This document shows, in pieces, positions 31,358-44,552 of a stretch of 64,000 bases of DNA. Positions within the stretch are counted from its first letter, which is position 1, and each line of letters opens with the position of its first letter. The position numbers were made by a program, and so were the translations under genes. Where the stretch lies: the NCBI GenBank assembly GCA_043228905.1, contig JBHGNT010000004.1:6820001-6884000 (forward strand), in the 5' to 3' direction. The stretch is from Azolla caroliniana (lineage: Eukaryota > Plantae > Polypodiophyta). The notes under the pieces were generated by a model, which saw only the letters and a program-made list of their open reading frames with translations, was not told where the DNA came from and did no database searches.

Positions 31358-34300
31358 TGTTGGGAGACAAGTCCCTCCGGATGGGAAGGGAGAAGAACAC
31401 TTGACGAAACCGGATGACGAGTACCCGGTTACGGAGAGCCGGATGGTGCAGACCCGGTGAGAACCGGATGAGGAGTACCCGGCTATGGAGAGCCGGATGG
31501 CGCAGACCTGGTGAGAACTGGATGAGGAGTACCTGGCTACGGAGAGCCGGATGGTGCAAACTCGGTGAGAACCGGATGAGGAGTACCCGGCTACGGAGAA
31601 CCGGATGGTGTAGACCTGATGAGAACCAGATGAGGAGTACCCGGCTACGGAGAGCCGGATGGTGCAGACCCGGTGAGAACCGGATGAGGAGTACCCGACT
31701 ATGGAGAGCCAGATGGTGCAGACCCGGTGAGGAGTGCTCACCGGATGAAGAGACATATTCATAAATATGTTTCTGAGAGTCCATCATGGCTATATTTGTA
31801 AATAGCCGAAAAGTCATATTAGTATAAATATGACTTAGGGCAAACTTTTAGATTGTGGTTGTTATTCTTGTTGGTGCAAGAAGAGAGAGTGCGCGTAACC
31901 GTGTACAGAGAGAGAGAGAGGGAGAAAGAGGTGGTTGCCTCTGTTGAAACCGCCGCCTGTGGCGAAGATCGTGAGCATGAGGTCGTTGCCTCCGTGAACT
32001 CACTGTTGTACATTCTAATATAGTGATAGTTTGCAGCCTGTGGGCTGTCGTGGTTTTTTCCCTAGTTTGGGGTTTTCCACGTAAACATCCTGTGTACTCT
32101 CCTCTTCTTTGTGTCGTGCATTTATTTCCCGTTTTCTGTGTATGATTCTAAGCTCGGTTGTGGCCGAGCGTTGCGTATAGGGAGCATGCAGTTCCTGACA
32201 AGTGGTATCAGAGCGAAACGACACAGAAAATGGACGAATCGTTGGGCGGCATGTTCAAGCTCACCGGCTCCAACTATTCAGTGTGGAAGTCGAAGATGAG
32301 GGATATGCTTGTGGTTAAAGATCTTTGGCTGCCGGTTCAGTTTGGGGACAAGAGACCAGACAAAATCGATGCCACGATATGGGAGGTGATGCACATGAAG
32401 GCAACGACATACATACGGTGCTTCATCGACATGAGCCTATACAACAACTTCAATGAAGAGAGCAAGGCTCATGAACTCTGGGAGAAGATTGACATTATGT
32501 TTCAGAACAAAAATGTTGTTAATCAGGTTTCAGTATTCCGGAAGCTAATAAGAGTCCGGTACCAAGATGGCTCCAGCATGGCGGAGCACATGAATGCCTT
32601 CCAGGGGCTGATCCACAAGGCAACTTTATTGGAAGTACCTCTCGCCGATGAGGTACTAGCACTACTCCTGCTCGGTTCCCTCCCGGATAGCTGGGAGACG
32701 TTGGTTGTCACTTTGGGCAACGCCGGGCCGGAAGGAAAGCAGTTATCCCTAGCAAGAGTAAAGTCGAGCTTGCTAGATGAGGAGGCGCGTCGGAAAGATA
32801 AAGATACGAGCTCCGACTCCAAAGCGCTCCTTACCAAATCGGAATGCGGAAGACATAGAAACCGTAGTCCCTAGAACCGGGAGAAGTCAGGGACATGGTC
32901 AAAGTCAAGGGGGAGGCCTAGTTGCTTCTATTGCGGCAAGCCAGGACACTTCCAAAAGAACTATCGGCATTTCCGAAAAGACAAGGAAACCGATAGTACT
33001 GATTCGAAGCAAACCCCAGACCGGAACGGTAAAGACCGGAGGGGGTCGGACCAGAAGGGAACGACGGCAATCGTGGCAAGTGAAGAAGAGTTGATGCTCA
33101 TCATCGAGGAGAGTGAGATAAACCTTGCCGGTGACGAGATGACTTGGGTGGTAGACTCCGGAGCGTCGTTCCACCTTACCCCGGACCGGAAATGCTTCTA
33201 ATTCTACTCAGCCGGTGATCACGGCTGTGTCCGGATGGGGAATGAAGGTACATGCCGAATTGTCGGCATAGGAGACGTGTGGCTGACAACACCAACCGGA
33301 TGCAAGTTGTTGTTGAAGGATGTCCGACACGTTCCGGAGGTTCGTCTGAACTTGATATCAGCCGGTCGACTAGATGATGAAGGCTACACAGGTAGCATCC
33401 GGAACGGTGTCATGAAGTTCAGCTAAGGGAGCCTGATTGTGGCTCGGGCCCAGAAGGTCAACACATTGTACCTGATGAATGCCCGGATATGTCCGGAAGA
33501 AGTGAACGTGGCATCCGACACTGCCGGTGAGCTGTGGCACAAGTGGTTGTGTGATATGAGCGAGAAGGGGATGAAGAGGCTTGCAGACGACAACCTCATT
33601 CTAGTGAAGAACGTGCACTTGGAGAAGTGCACTGATTGTCTGGCCGGTAAGCAAAACCGGACCTCCTTCCGACCAAGGCCACCGATGAGACGTAATGCAC
33701 CATTGGAGTTGGTGCATACGGATGTGTGTCAAGTAGACACGAAGTCACATGCCGGAGCGCAGTACTTCGTGACGTTCATAGATGACCACAACCGGAAGCT
33801 GTGGGCCACACCGTTGAAGACGAAGGATCAGGTGCTATCGGTCTTCAAAGAGCTCCACGCGAGAGTGGAAAGAAAAACCGGCCGAAAGCTGAAGGCAGTT
33901 CGAGCAGATAACGGAGGAGAATACCGGGGGCAGTTCGAGGAGTACTGCCGCTCGAAGGGAATCCGGCTCGAATTTACCATGCCGAAGTCGCCGGAACTAA
34001 ACGGACTGGCCGAGAGGATGAACCGGACCATAATGGAGAGGGTCCGGAGTATGCTAGCACATGCAAAACTACCCAAGAAGTTTTGGGTTGAGGCATTGTC
34101 GACGTCGACATATGTGATAAATAGATCACCCTCAGTACTCTTGGATGGAGACACGCCACAGAGAGTATGGACCGGTAAGGAAGTATCCTACCGGCATCTG
34201 AAGATGTTCGGGTGTCTCGCGTACGTGCATGTAGCTAAGGACCGGAGAGGAAAGTTAGATCCAAAGACCCGACCATGCATATTCCTCGGTTACGGTGACG

Positions 34301-37098
34301 ATGAGTTCAGCTACCGAGTGTGGGACCTGGTCGACAAGAAGGTATTCCGGAGTCGAGATATTATCTTCATGGAGGACAAGACGCTCGCCGACTGGGAGTT
34401 GGAGAAGAAGATAATGAACTCCGAGTCGACTGGTAAGGATCGACTCTACAATGAGCAGACCCAACCGGCAAGAGACCGGTTAACACTCGAGGAACCAGCC
34501 GATTACGGTGACGATACCGAACAGGCTGAAGAAGAAGTGGAGGAAGCTGAAACCGGAACCGGCCAAGACCCCGAATCGGATTCGGATGAAGAGCAAATGG
34601 TGGAGCCGGTTACCGAAGCCCGAAGACGGAGATATCCTCTCAGAGAGAGAAGGGCGCCCCAGAGATTTCCGGATGCAGAGCATGTTCCGCTGACCGATGA
34701 GGGGGAGCCGGAAAGCTTCGAAGAAGCGAAGGATGACACTCACAGCCACAAATGGTTAAGTGCCATGCAGGATGAGATGGATTCCCTGCATGAGAACCAT
34801 ACGTACGAATTGGTGGAGTTGCCGAAAGGAAAGCGGGCACTCCGAAACAAGTGGGTGTACAAGTTGAAAACCGGGAGATGCAGGCAACCCCCCGAGATAC
34901 AAAGCCAGGATCGTGGTGAAGGGGTTCCAACAGAAAAAGGGCGTGGACTTTGACGAGATATTTGCCCCGGTAGTAAAGATGACCTTCATCCGAACGGTGC
35001 TGAGTATAGCGGCAAGCATGGACCTTGAGGTAGAATAGCTGGACGTGAAGATGGCATTCCTTCACGGCGACCTCGAAGAGGAGATCTACATGCAGCAACC
35101 AGAGGGATTTGTGGAGAAAGAGAAGGAGCACCTGGTATGCAGGCTGAAGAAGAGCATGTACGAACTAAAGCAGGCTCCCCGACAGTGGTACCGGAAGTTC
35201 AATTCCTTCATGACCGATCAAGGGTACCACAAGACGCAGGCCGATCACTGCGTGTTTGTGAAGAAGTTCGAAGGAGGCGACTTCCTGATACTCCTTCTGT
35301 ACGTGGACGACATGTTGATCGTCGGACGGGACCAAGCCAAAATACGGATGTTGAAGAAGGCTCTCAACCGGACCTTCTCAATGAAAGACTTGGGTCCGGC
35401 AAGACAGATGCTGGGGATGCATATTATTCGGAACCGGTCAATGAAGCAATTATGGCTGTCAGAGGAGAAGTACGTGACAAAGATGCTTCAGCGGCTCAAC
35501 ATGTTAGATGCGAAACCGGTCGGATCGACACTTCCGACAAACTGCAGGCTATCCGGTAAGCAAAGCCCGAAGACGAAAGCAGAGAAGGCGGATATGATGA
35601 AGATTCCATATGCCTCTGCCGTCGGGAGCTTGATGTACGCAATGGTGTGTACTCGACCGGATATAGGATATGTAGTCGGAGTGGTGAGCCGGTTTATGAG
35701 CAATCCCGGCAAGGAGCAGTAGAACGCGGTCAAATTGATACTCTGGTATTTGAAGGGCATTTCAAATATGTGTCTCCGATTCGACTCCGGAAAACCTCAA
35801 CTTGACGGTTTCACCGATTCGGACATGTCGGCTGATGTGGATACCAGCCGGTCTACATCCGGGTATGTAATGACATATGCAGGGGGAGCTATTTCGTGGT
35901 AGTCGAGGCTGCAGAAGACGGTTGCATTGTCAACCACGGAGGCGGAGTACATGGCGGCTGTGGAAGCCAGCAAGGAAATATTATGGATGAAGGACTTCAT
36001 CGGAGAGCTCGGTATCCGGCAAGATGAATACCGGCTTTTTTGCGACAGTCAAAGTGCCATCCATCTTGCTAAGAATGCGGCCTACCATTCCCGGACGAAG
36101 CATATCCAGCGAAGATATCTCTGGATCCGGGAAAGAGTAGATGACCAGGAGTTCGCACTGACGAAGATCCACACGGCCGAGAACGGGTCAGATATGCTGA
36201 CCAAAGTGTTGATACCCGACAAGCTGGATGCATGCCGGAAGAGGATCGGACTAGTAAGACACCCCATGCCGGAGTGAAGGGGGAGTTTGTTGGGAGACAG
36301 GTCCCTTTGGATGGGAAGGGAGAAGAACAGTGATGATGAACAAACTCGGCCGAGGCCGAAACCGGATGACGAGTACCCGGTTACGAAGAGCCGAATGGTG
36401 CAGACCCGGTGAGAATCGGATGAGGAGTACCCGACTATGGAGAGCCGGATGTCGTAGACCCGGTGAGAACCGGATGAGGAGTACCCGGCTATGGAGAGCC
36501 GGATGGTGCAGACCCGGTGAGAACCGGATGAGGAGTACCCGGCTACGGAGAGCCGGATGGTGCAGACCCGGTGAGAGTCGGATGAGGAGTACCCGACTAC
36601 GGAGAGCCGGATGGTGCAGACCTGGTGAGGAGTGCTCACCGGATGAAGAGACATATTCGTAAATATGTTTCTGAGAGTCCATCATGGCTATATTTGTAAA
36701 TAGCCAAAAAGTCATATTAGTATAAATATGACTTAGGGCAAACTTTTAGATTGTGGTTGTTATTCTTGTTGGTGCAAGAAGAGAGAGTGCGCATAACCGT
36801 GTACAGAGAGAGAGAGAGGGAGAAAGAGGTGGTTGCCTCTGTTGAAACCGCCGCCTGTGGCGAAGATCGTGAGCACGAGGTCGTTGCCTCCGTGAACTCA
36901 CTGTTGTACATTCTAATATAGTGATAGTTTGCAGCCTGTGGGCTGTCGTGGTTTTTTCCCTAGTTTGGGGTTTTCCACGTAAACATCCTGTGTACTATCC
37001 TCTTCTTTGTGTTGTGCATTTATTTCCCGTTTTCTGTGTATGATTCTAAGCTCGGTTGTGACTGAGCGTTGCGTATAGGGAGCTTGCAGTTCCTGACA
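31358..37098 (+). mobile_element. Copia D (Tork-like), full length; gag-pol 32230-36277 disrupted
   Basis: LTRs 31358-32200 and 36288-37098. iMet PBS 32203-32214. PPT before 36288. Flanks ATAGC/ACAAC can both derive from ACAGC. Multiple stops and frameshifts. Confidence 0.93.
31410..31730 (+). repeat. Six tandem 54-bp U3 repeats in D's 5' LTR (five copies in the 3' LTR, ~36362-36628)
   Basis: Unit ccggatgaggagtacccggctacggagagccggatggtgcagacccggtgagaa. Confidence 0.9.
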
Positions 37099-38622
37099 AC
37101 AACGTCACTCGGCGCAGGGAGGCTGTTCAGGATGTTGCTGCTTGAATGTCGCCAGTTTCTCCTCGGCGGCTTGCCATAGCTCGGTAGCGCATTTGGCTTG
37201 CTGATGCGCCGTTTTGATACGTTGGGCCATGCCCTTGGCTGCCCGAGTAGTGTGGTGCAGATTGGGATATGCCTCGACTAAGGCCATGGTCAGATCTGGT
37301 AGTTCCATGAGGAGCGAAGCATTCTGTGCTTGCTTCTTTCGTCCTATCTTCTGTAAGGCTCGATCCCCGTGAGGTTCAATTTCATCCATTAGAGCGCGTT
37401 GAATCATCTTTGTTTCGGCGTGCTCCTCGGCCATACGAGCGGCGGCAGCTACTTGGGCGTGCGCGAGGAAATCCATTAACTCATATGTTGTGCCTAGTCG
37501 AAGTAGTGCACTGAACTCGTATGCCTCCGCGGGGAGATCCTTGTAACCAAGGACTTCCTCCTCTGATATCTGCGTGGTTTGTCCATGCTCGATCGTACCG
37601 ACTTGGAGCCATGACTCCGCTGGTACCATGTCCGTGGAGGTTGGGCTGGCCTCTTTTGATTTCTGATGATGGTCGCCCTCGGTTTCTGTGGTTGCTTGTT
37701 GAATGATGCGACGTCTTTTTGGCGGCTGATCCTGTGCGTCCGGGGCCGGTGGTGTTGGCTCCTCGGCCTGTTTCCTCTTTTGCTGCCGGATGGCCGAGGG
37801 CTGTTGGCTTGTGGGCCGTGGGCTCGGTTGCGGAGAGGTCATTGATGTCCTTGGTGGTTTCTGGCGTATGGCGACATCCTCGGGGATGGGCTCCTCGGCC
37901 GAGTCCCATTCGACACGGGTCACTGTTACCGCCCGTTGTTTCTGTGTTTTTGGTGGGGGTGGTGCCGAGGTGGAAGTGGGGTTCCGAACGCCTGAGGGAG
38001 GTGGAGAAGGCGAGGGGTCTTCCCATTTTTCCTAGGTTATCGCCAAAATCTTCTCCCGTTGTTTCCTTGGTGGTGGTGGAGAGGTCCGGATGCGATGAGG
38101 GGAAACCGAAGGAGGTGGGTAGAGGATTGTGAGGAAGTGATTGATCATAGGCAACAAACGCTTACCTATTTGGAAGGATTCGAGCGCCGCACGGACTCCT
38201 TCGCCGGTGATGATTCCCCAATAGATTTTGTTTCCCTCGTATTCATTGATAATGTTCGCCGCTTTGTTCTATGACATACTTGTAGGGTTGGTATGCACGA
38301 ACCCGTACTCCATCAGGATGCGAGCAATTTCTCCAAATGCCTTGTTGGATCCACCGTAAGTTCGATAGGCCTTACCAGATATGGAATACACACCAAAGTA
38401 TTCCTTTAGGGTCGTGGAAGGGGGAATCTCTACTTCATGATCACCTCCTCGCTTCAGGTCCAAGGCAGCACGAATCATATTGTTGGTGACTGTGTCCAAG
38501 TGGATTCGGCGTGCGACCGCCTGGGCATCAGGGTGTGCAAGGGCATCGATCACCTTTAAATAACCACCTAATCCTCATTCCTGAACCTAGGAGCGGGTTT
38601 CCTGTGAAGCTGCAAGTGGCAT
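37099..38622 (-). pseudogene. G1 extra ORF, N-terminal part
   Basis: ATG at 38622 'MPLAASQETRS*VQE*GLGGYLKVIDAL..' running through ORFs 38269-38553 and 37105-37923 with stops and frameshifts. Confidence 0.65.
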
Positions 38623-39199
38623 AATGGACTCGGGGTTTTGTTGTGTGGACGATTGGGGAAGGAGGATGAGACCAGGCCGAGACAGAGTGAGGGAAGGAGA
38701 TGGTTGTGGTGCGGCAGAGGGGCTACGAGGACAAGAGACGGCTTGTGAGCAAGAGCGGTGGGAGCGATGAAAGCGCTGAGAGTGAGAGGGGGCTTGAGAG
38801 TGTGGGAGCGATGGAGGCTGGGTGTGCAAGAACGCGTCTGTGTGTGGGGTGTGTTTGGGGTAACTGTTTTTTATCGAACTCCTAGGGTTTTGTGCATGAA
38901 GAGGAGCCTGAAGATTCTTGGTCATGGATGCCATAATAGGATATTATGGCCACGTGTCCTAGGGAGTTAGTGATGTGCCTTGGGTGCTATGCATGTTAAG
39001 TGAATGTGAAAGTGACTAGTGTGTGCCTCTAAACATGACGTGATTTGGGTGATGTGGTAGGTGGTTTAGGTGGAACTAACTAAAACTATGCCTAATCCTA
39101 CCTAATGTACGTTTTGGAATGTTGGTGGGTTCTTACCGAGGGGGACATGTGGCCTCCTTTGTGGCATTGTCCGTGCCGTGAGACTCGGTGAAAGGGTTG

Positions 39200-42100
39200 G
39201 TTGGGGTATTTCCCTGGTACGGTCACAGTCGGAATCCATTCACCTAGCTTTTGACAATTTCCCCGGCGAGGGTGCCGAGCTGGAACGTGCCGTTAAACTT
39301 GTCAATAATCCAGAAGGGGCCGGCCCATTGAAATCGTAACTTCCCTGGCATGGCACCGAGTCATGTATGGAAGACGAGGACCGGTTTGCCGTTGGTCAGG
39401 TCTTGTTCCAATCCTTTCCGATGTCGGTCCACAAAGGTTTTCCGTTGTCGTTAGCGCCGTTCAAGTTGGGCCATGCTCGCTACTTGGTACTCGCCAAGTT
39501 CGAGGAGTTGTTCCAACCTAAATTGTTCGGATTGGGCCTCGGGGAGCCTTGCTTTAACTTGAACTCGGAGACTCAGAACTTGGAACTCGATGGGCATAAC
39601 GGCTTCGAGACCAAAAGCCATCCAAAAGGGTGTGGATTGAATGCTCGTTTTGAATGTAGTGCAATAATCCCATAGTGCACTCTGGAGCTTGTCATCCCAA
39701 TCAGTGCGGTTCTCACTGACAATCTTCTTCAGGATTGTTTGGAGAATTTTGTTAGTCGATTCTGCCAATCCGTTTGCCTGCAGATAGTGTGTCGTCAGCT
39801 CACGTATTATATGGTTTATAAAGTGCCCACCTTGGTCACTAACGAGCTCAATTGGGCATCCATAACGACACCATAGATGTTCGTACACGAATTTGGCCGT
39901 GGATGTTGCCGTGTTGTCTCTTAAAGCCTTTGCCTCGACCCATTTTGTGCAGTAGTCCGTGGCCATGATGATATACTTATTACCGGTTCGGGCTGCGGCT
40001 GGTTTGAAGGGTCCCACAAAATCTAACCCCATTTTTGAAATGGTTCCAATGGAAGAATGGGTTGGTGTGGCATTCGAGCTTGTTCCATCGGTTGTCCTAA
40101 CCGTTGGCACAAGTCGCACTGTCGGCAGAACTCGTGGGCATCCTTTTTCATTGTAGGCCACCATAACCCACTCTGACATACTTTCCTTGCCGTGGACTCT
40201 CCGGTGTAGTGTCCACCGGCGATTCCTAGGTGGGCCTCTTGGAGGATGGCCTTCTTCTTGAATTGTCAAATTGCCCGACGCCATATTCCGTCCGAGCCTT
40301 TGTGGTAGAGGATGTCGGAAACGAGACAAAAGTTTCAGCTTCGTACTGCGAGTCGTTTCCGTGCATTGAGGGGCATGTGGTCGGGAGGCAGGCCAATACT
40401 AAGGAAATGGGTCATCTCCGTGATCCATTCATCTTCTTTGTCACCTGGTAGCGTTATAAGATTAAATAGGTTGGCATCGGGTAAATTGTCATACGTGGAC
40501 TTGGCAGGGTCCCCTGACTCGAGGCGGCTTAGGTAGTCAGCAACGACATGTTGGACTCTGGGTTGATGTTGTATATGAAAATCAAACTCTTGTAACAAGA
40601 GCATCCATCAAGCCAGTCGACCTGTCAGGGCTTGTTTGTTGACCAGGTAAAGGAGGGTCGAGTGATCGACGTGAAATGTGAATTTTTGGCCTAAGAGGTA
40701 AAGCTGAAATTTACTGATGTTGTAGATCATACCGAGGGCCTCTCGTTCAGTGGTTGAATAGTTCTTTTCCGCGGCTGAGAGATGTCGGCTAGCATAATAC
40801 ATTGGCCGATACCAATTTGGGGTCGTGCATTGCATAAGTGCGCTCTCGATGGCGATATCTGATGCGTCCACGAAGACGTGAAAAGGTTCTGACCATATTA
40901 GGGGCTGTACAACTGGGGCATGCGAGAGCATTAATTTCAAAGCTTGGTAAGCCTCGTCCTTGATGGAAGTCCATTGAAAGGGAAGTCGATGCACCGCTGC
41001 GTGGAGTGGTGTCGCGAAATCGGCCAGGTGGCGTATCATTCGGTTGTGGCATCTGATTTGTCCCAGAAATCGACTGAGGGCCTTTGCGTTCGAGGGTGCG
41101 GGGGCAGTTAGGATGGCTTGTACTTTATCCGGGTCCATGGCGATACCTTCTTGACTGACGATATGCCCGAGTAGGTTGCCGCTTGTGACCAAGAACACGC
41201 ATTTTGCCGGGTTTAAACTTAACCGAGCCTGGCGACATCGACCAAGACAGAGACGTAACTGGGTCATGTGTTCCAGTTGCTGGCCATACACGGCGAAGTC
41301 GTCGAGAAAGACTTGCATGAACGCTAGGATATACTCATTAAAAATTTCGGTGATGATGCATTGGAAGTGGCCGACGCCGTTTTCAAACCGAACATCATTA
41401 CTTCTGCCACGAAAACACCCCATTCCGTGACAAATGTTGTTTTCTCCTGATCATCCGGGTGCATTCTGATTTGGTTGTAGCCACTGAACCCGTCTAGAAA
41501 GCTGTAGCATTCGTGACCTGCCACCGTGTCGAGAACGCTATCCGTGAACGGGAGGGAATCCATCCGTGACCGTTACAGCATTAAGCTTGCGGTAGTCGAC
41601 ACAGACTCGGATTTTCCCGTTTTTCTTGGGGACGACTACGATTGGGCTTAACCATGTGGCACGTTTTACAGGTCGTATGAACCCGACACAGAGGAGCTTG
41701 TTTATTTCTTCCTAGCCGCATAATTGGGGTTCATCCGGTAGCGTCTTTGCTGAACCGGCCGAGCGTCAGGGAGAAGATGGATCTAGTGTTGGTAGTATTG
41801 AGGGTCCAAACCCTTCATATCCGTGTAAGACCATGCGAATACATCTTGGTAATCGGTGAGTAAGTGTATGAGGGTTGCCCGTTCGTCGGCTGGTAAGTTA
41901 TTAGCAATCTGCAAGGTGCGAGGGTTCTCGTCCGAACCGAGGTTCAGTGTTTCAAGCGTTGATGCCTTCACTCATTGGGAGATGGCGAGTTCACGTTCAA
42001 AAGCGTCCCGAGCGTGTCGTAATTTTGTGATGGTGGTGGGATCTGGCTCGTCCTGGGGAGGTGTATTCTCCGTGACCTCCTCATCTAGAGGTGTGCCGAC

Positions 42101-44468
42101 GGCCGATATGGCGTCGATTTCGAAGAGGGGTATGATAGTGGGATGGTCTTCTAGGAAGTCATCCACCTCGTCATCGGCTAACCCGTCGAGCATGTGCACC
42201 CCTTCTACGTATAACGGCGAGGTGTTGTGGGGTGTGGTTACGCGTTCTTCGGTTATGATCCGGACCTTGGTCTTTCCTCGGTGAAACGAGATCATGTTGC
42301 GCTGCCAATGCTGTTTGATATTTGCTGTGCACAACCATGGTCTGCCAAGTAACATTGGGTAGGCGCCTTGTCCTTCGAGTCGTAATACAACGGCTGAGAT
42401 AGTGAACATGTGGCCTCCTAGAGTAAAGTCGAGGTGGCGGATTAATCCGATGGGGCGAACCGATCGTGTATCGGCCATCCGAAGCCAAAAGGGGCAACAC
42501 TCCCATTGGTTTATGTCGAGGGTGTGACATGTGGCCTTGTTGATGACGTTCACACCGGAGCCGCCGTCGATTATGCACCCATGAAGGTCACATCCTTTAA
42601 TCATGATTTTCACGGCTGGATTCTGGGAATCCATGAGGGGTGGGCCCGTCCCTGGCTCCGTCAGGTTAACAAGGGGTACGACTGATTTGTCGTTAGTCAT
42701 GAGCTTAGCCAAGGTATCCTGAAAGCGTGGCATGAGTGGTAACAACTTTTGTAATGGTACCGAGATCTTAGCGGTTGTAAGGGCTTCCCATAGATGGTCA
42801 TCTTCTGCCGTGGTGGATGGTCCTGCGGCCGGTGGTGCATCGATGGTAACGACCTACATCTCTGTGTGCATCCGTGCCACGTTGCTTTTGTTGGCGGTCT
42901 CAATCCATTCCTTGGCCGCTTGTCAGACGTCATCTTGTTCTTGCCATTGGTTGGCGTGGGTCTTGCTACGTGTAGTGATGTGTTGGCCGTCAACCATAAT
43001 CGTATTCACAGTCGGGGCCTTGCCGCGGTCCGTGGTTGGGCATTGGGTAGCGTAGTGGCCGGGTTGGTTACACTTAAAGCAGATAACGGGTGCCGAGTTG
43101 CTTGTGTCACCGTGCTCAGTGTGTGGGAAGGGTTGTGATTGATTCCCGACCGCTTGGGTAGGCGTGTTGGCCTGTGGCGCGGTGTGCGGGAGGGAGGTCC
43201 CGACGACGATTGTCATTCTGATGGCGATTGTTCCGCGGACCTCTATAAGAGTTTCGTCGGTCGTTTCGTGAATACCGCTGATCGTACCGGTCCTCCCGGT
43301 CGTCATCGTACTGATCGTACTCCTCGTTCATTCTATATTGGTTGTCGTTGTACTGGTCACGGTCGTTTGATCTCCTGCGATTATCGTGGCGGTACCGGTC
43401 ATCGTCGCGGCGCTGACGATCCAGGGATTGTGGTCGCTCGTTTGCCCGATGTCGGTATGACTGACGTTCATCCTACCGGGAGTACATATTGCGCAACTCG
43501 ATCTGGCGAACCAGAGCCGTGATTGTGCAATTGATCATGTTTGTACTAACAGTGTTCGATCGTGTGAGCTCGGGACTGACATATTGGGCAGTGTGGCCGA
43601 TGAGGGCACTCAAGAGCCAGATGGCCTGAGCCTGAGCAGGTCGTGCATTGAAGAGCTTGTTGGAAACGATTGTCTTCCTACGGAAGGGAACGTTGCAAAG
43701 AGCCCATAGAGAAAGTCGTGGTATGTTGTGTCTGATCGATTCCAAGGACGTGTGCAATGACTTGCTCGATAGTCTGGTTGGAGAAATTTGTAAGTGCGAG
43801 AGTCGTCCGTAGAGGCTCCCTTAAGCTGGACAAGAAGGTATCCAGAATGTGATGAGCGGGGACGTCATCGGCCAGTTGTCGGTAGAGATCCTGAAATTGG
43901 ATCGTGAACTGGGCGACCGTCTCGTGAGGTTCTTGGCTCATGGAAAAGAATTGTTGGAGTAGTTCCCGCTTCGGAACTTGGTAGTGAAATAATTGGAGGA
44001 ACTTTGTCCTGACGTCTTGGAACGTTGTGAGCTCCCCCATGTAGAGGCGGGAGTACCATCGAGCAATTGGGCCATCGAGGGATAAAGCAAATTCCGCGAG
44101 TTTGGAGGCCTCGATTTCGGCAGCCGATAACCGCTGCGTTAGGTGGTTGGCCTGCCATGTGGACACGAACGCTCGGGTGTGTGCTTCCGCGTCGGGGCCG
44201 TCGGTATACCGTGGGTAAGGGTAAGGCATGGTATCGAGATCCGGTTCCTCGGGTAAGGCCGGAAAAGGGTTAGGGTCAAGTTGGGTGACCTTTGGGGGGC
44301 TCGGCGGGGAGGTTGGTGCGGAATCAACTCGCGGCTGGGTATCGGGTGGCGAGGATTGCAACCGGTGAGCCTCCGATAGTTCCTGGAACGATTGTTCAGT
44401 AATCGCCAAGTCGGGAGTTCCTTCGACTGGCTCAGGGCGTCGGGCAGGTGGCCGAGACCGCGTGACAT
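39200..44468 (-). pseudogene. G1 gag-pol (gag, zinc knuckles, PR, RT, RH, IN), degenerate
   Basis: CFKCNQPGHYATQC; IIDGGSGVN; 'FLDGFSGYNQI', 'FLDDF'; 'VDASD..TEREAL'; 'DFVGP..SDQG..NGLAE'; 'WAGPF'. The left boundary is approximate. Confidence 0.9.
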
Positions 44469-44534
44469 GATGGGGCGCCGTAATGGCGGCTGGAGTTTGC
44501 TTCCAACGTAGTTCGTTGTGACCTTACAGTTGTA

Positions 44535-44547
44535 ACTAGGCGTGCCA
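44535..44547 (-). promoter_or_regulatory. G1 canonical-position PBS (tRNA-Arg type)
   Basis: The minus strand reads tggcacgcctagt 5 nt downstream of the 5' LTR. Confidence 0.75.
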
Positions 44548-44552
44548 AATTG

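Noticed and set aside
31410-31730. Regular 54-bp (and 27-bp) repeat arrays as CRISPR-like loci or repeat proteins
   Set aside because: The units are head-to-tail with no unique spacers and lie inside Copia LTRs. The ORFs exist only because the unit length is a multiple of 3.
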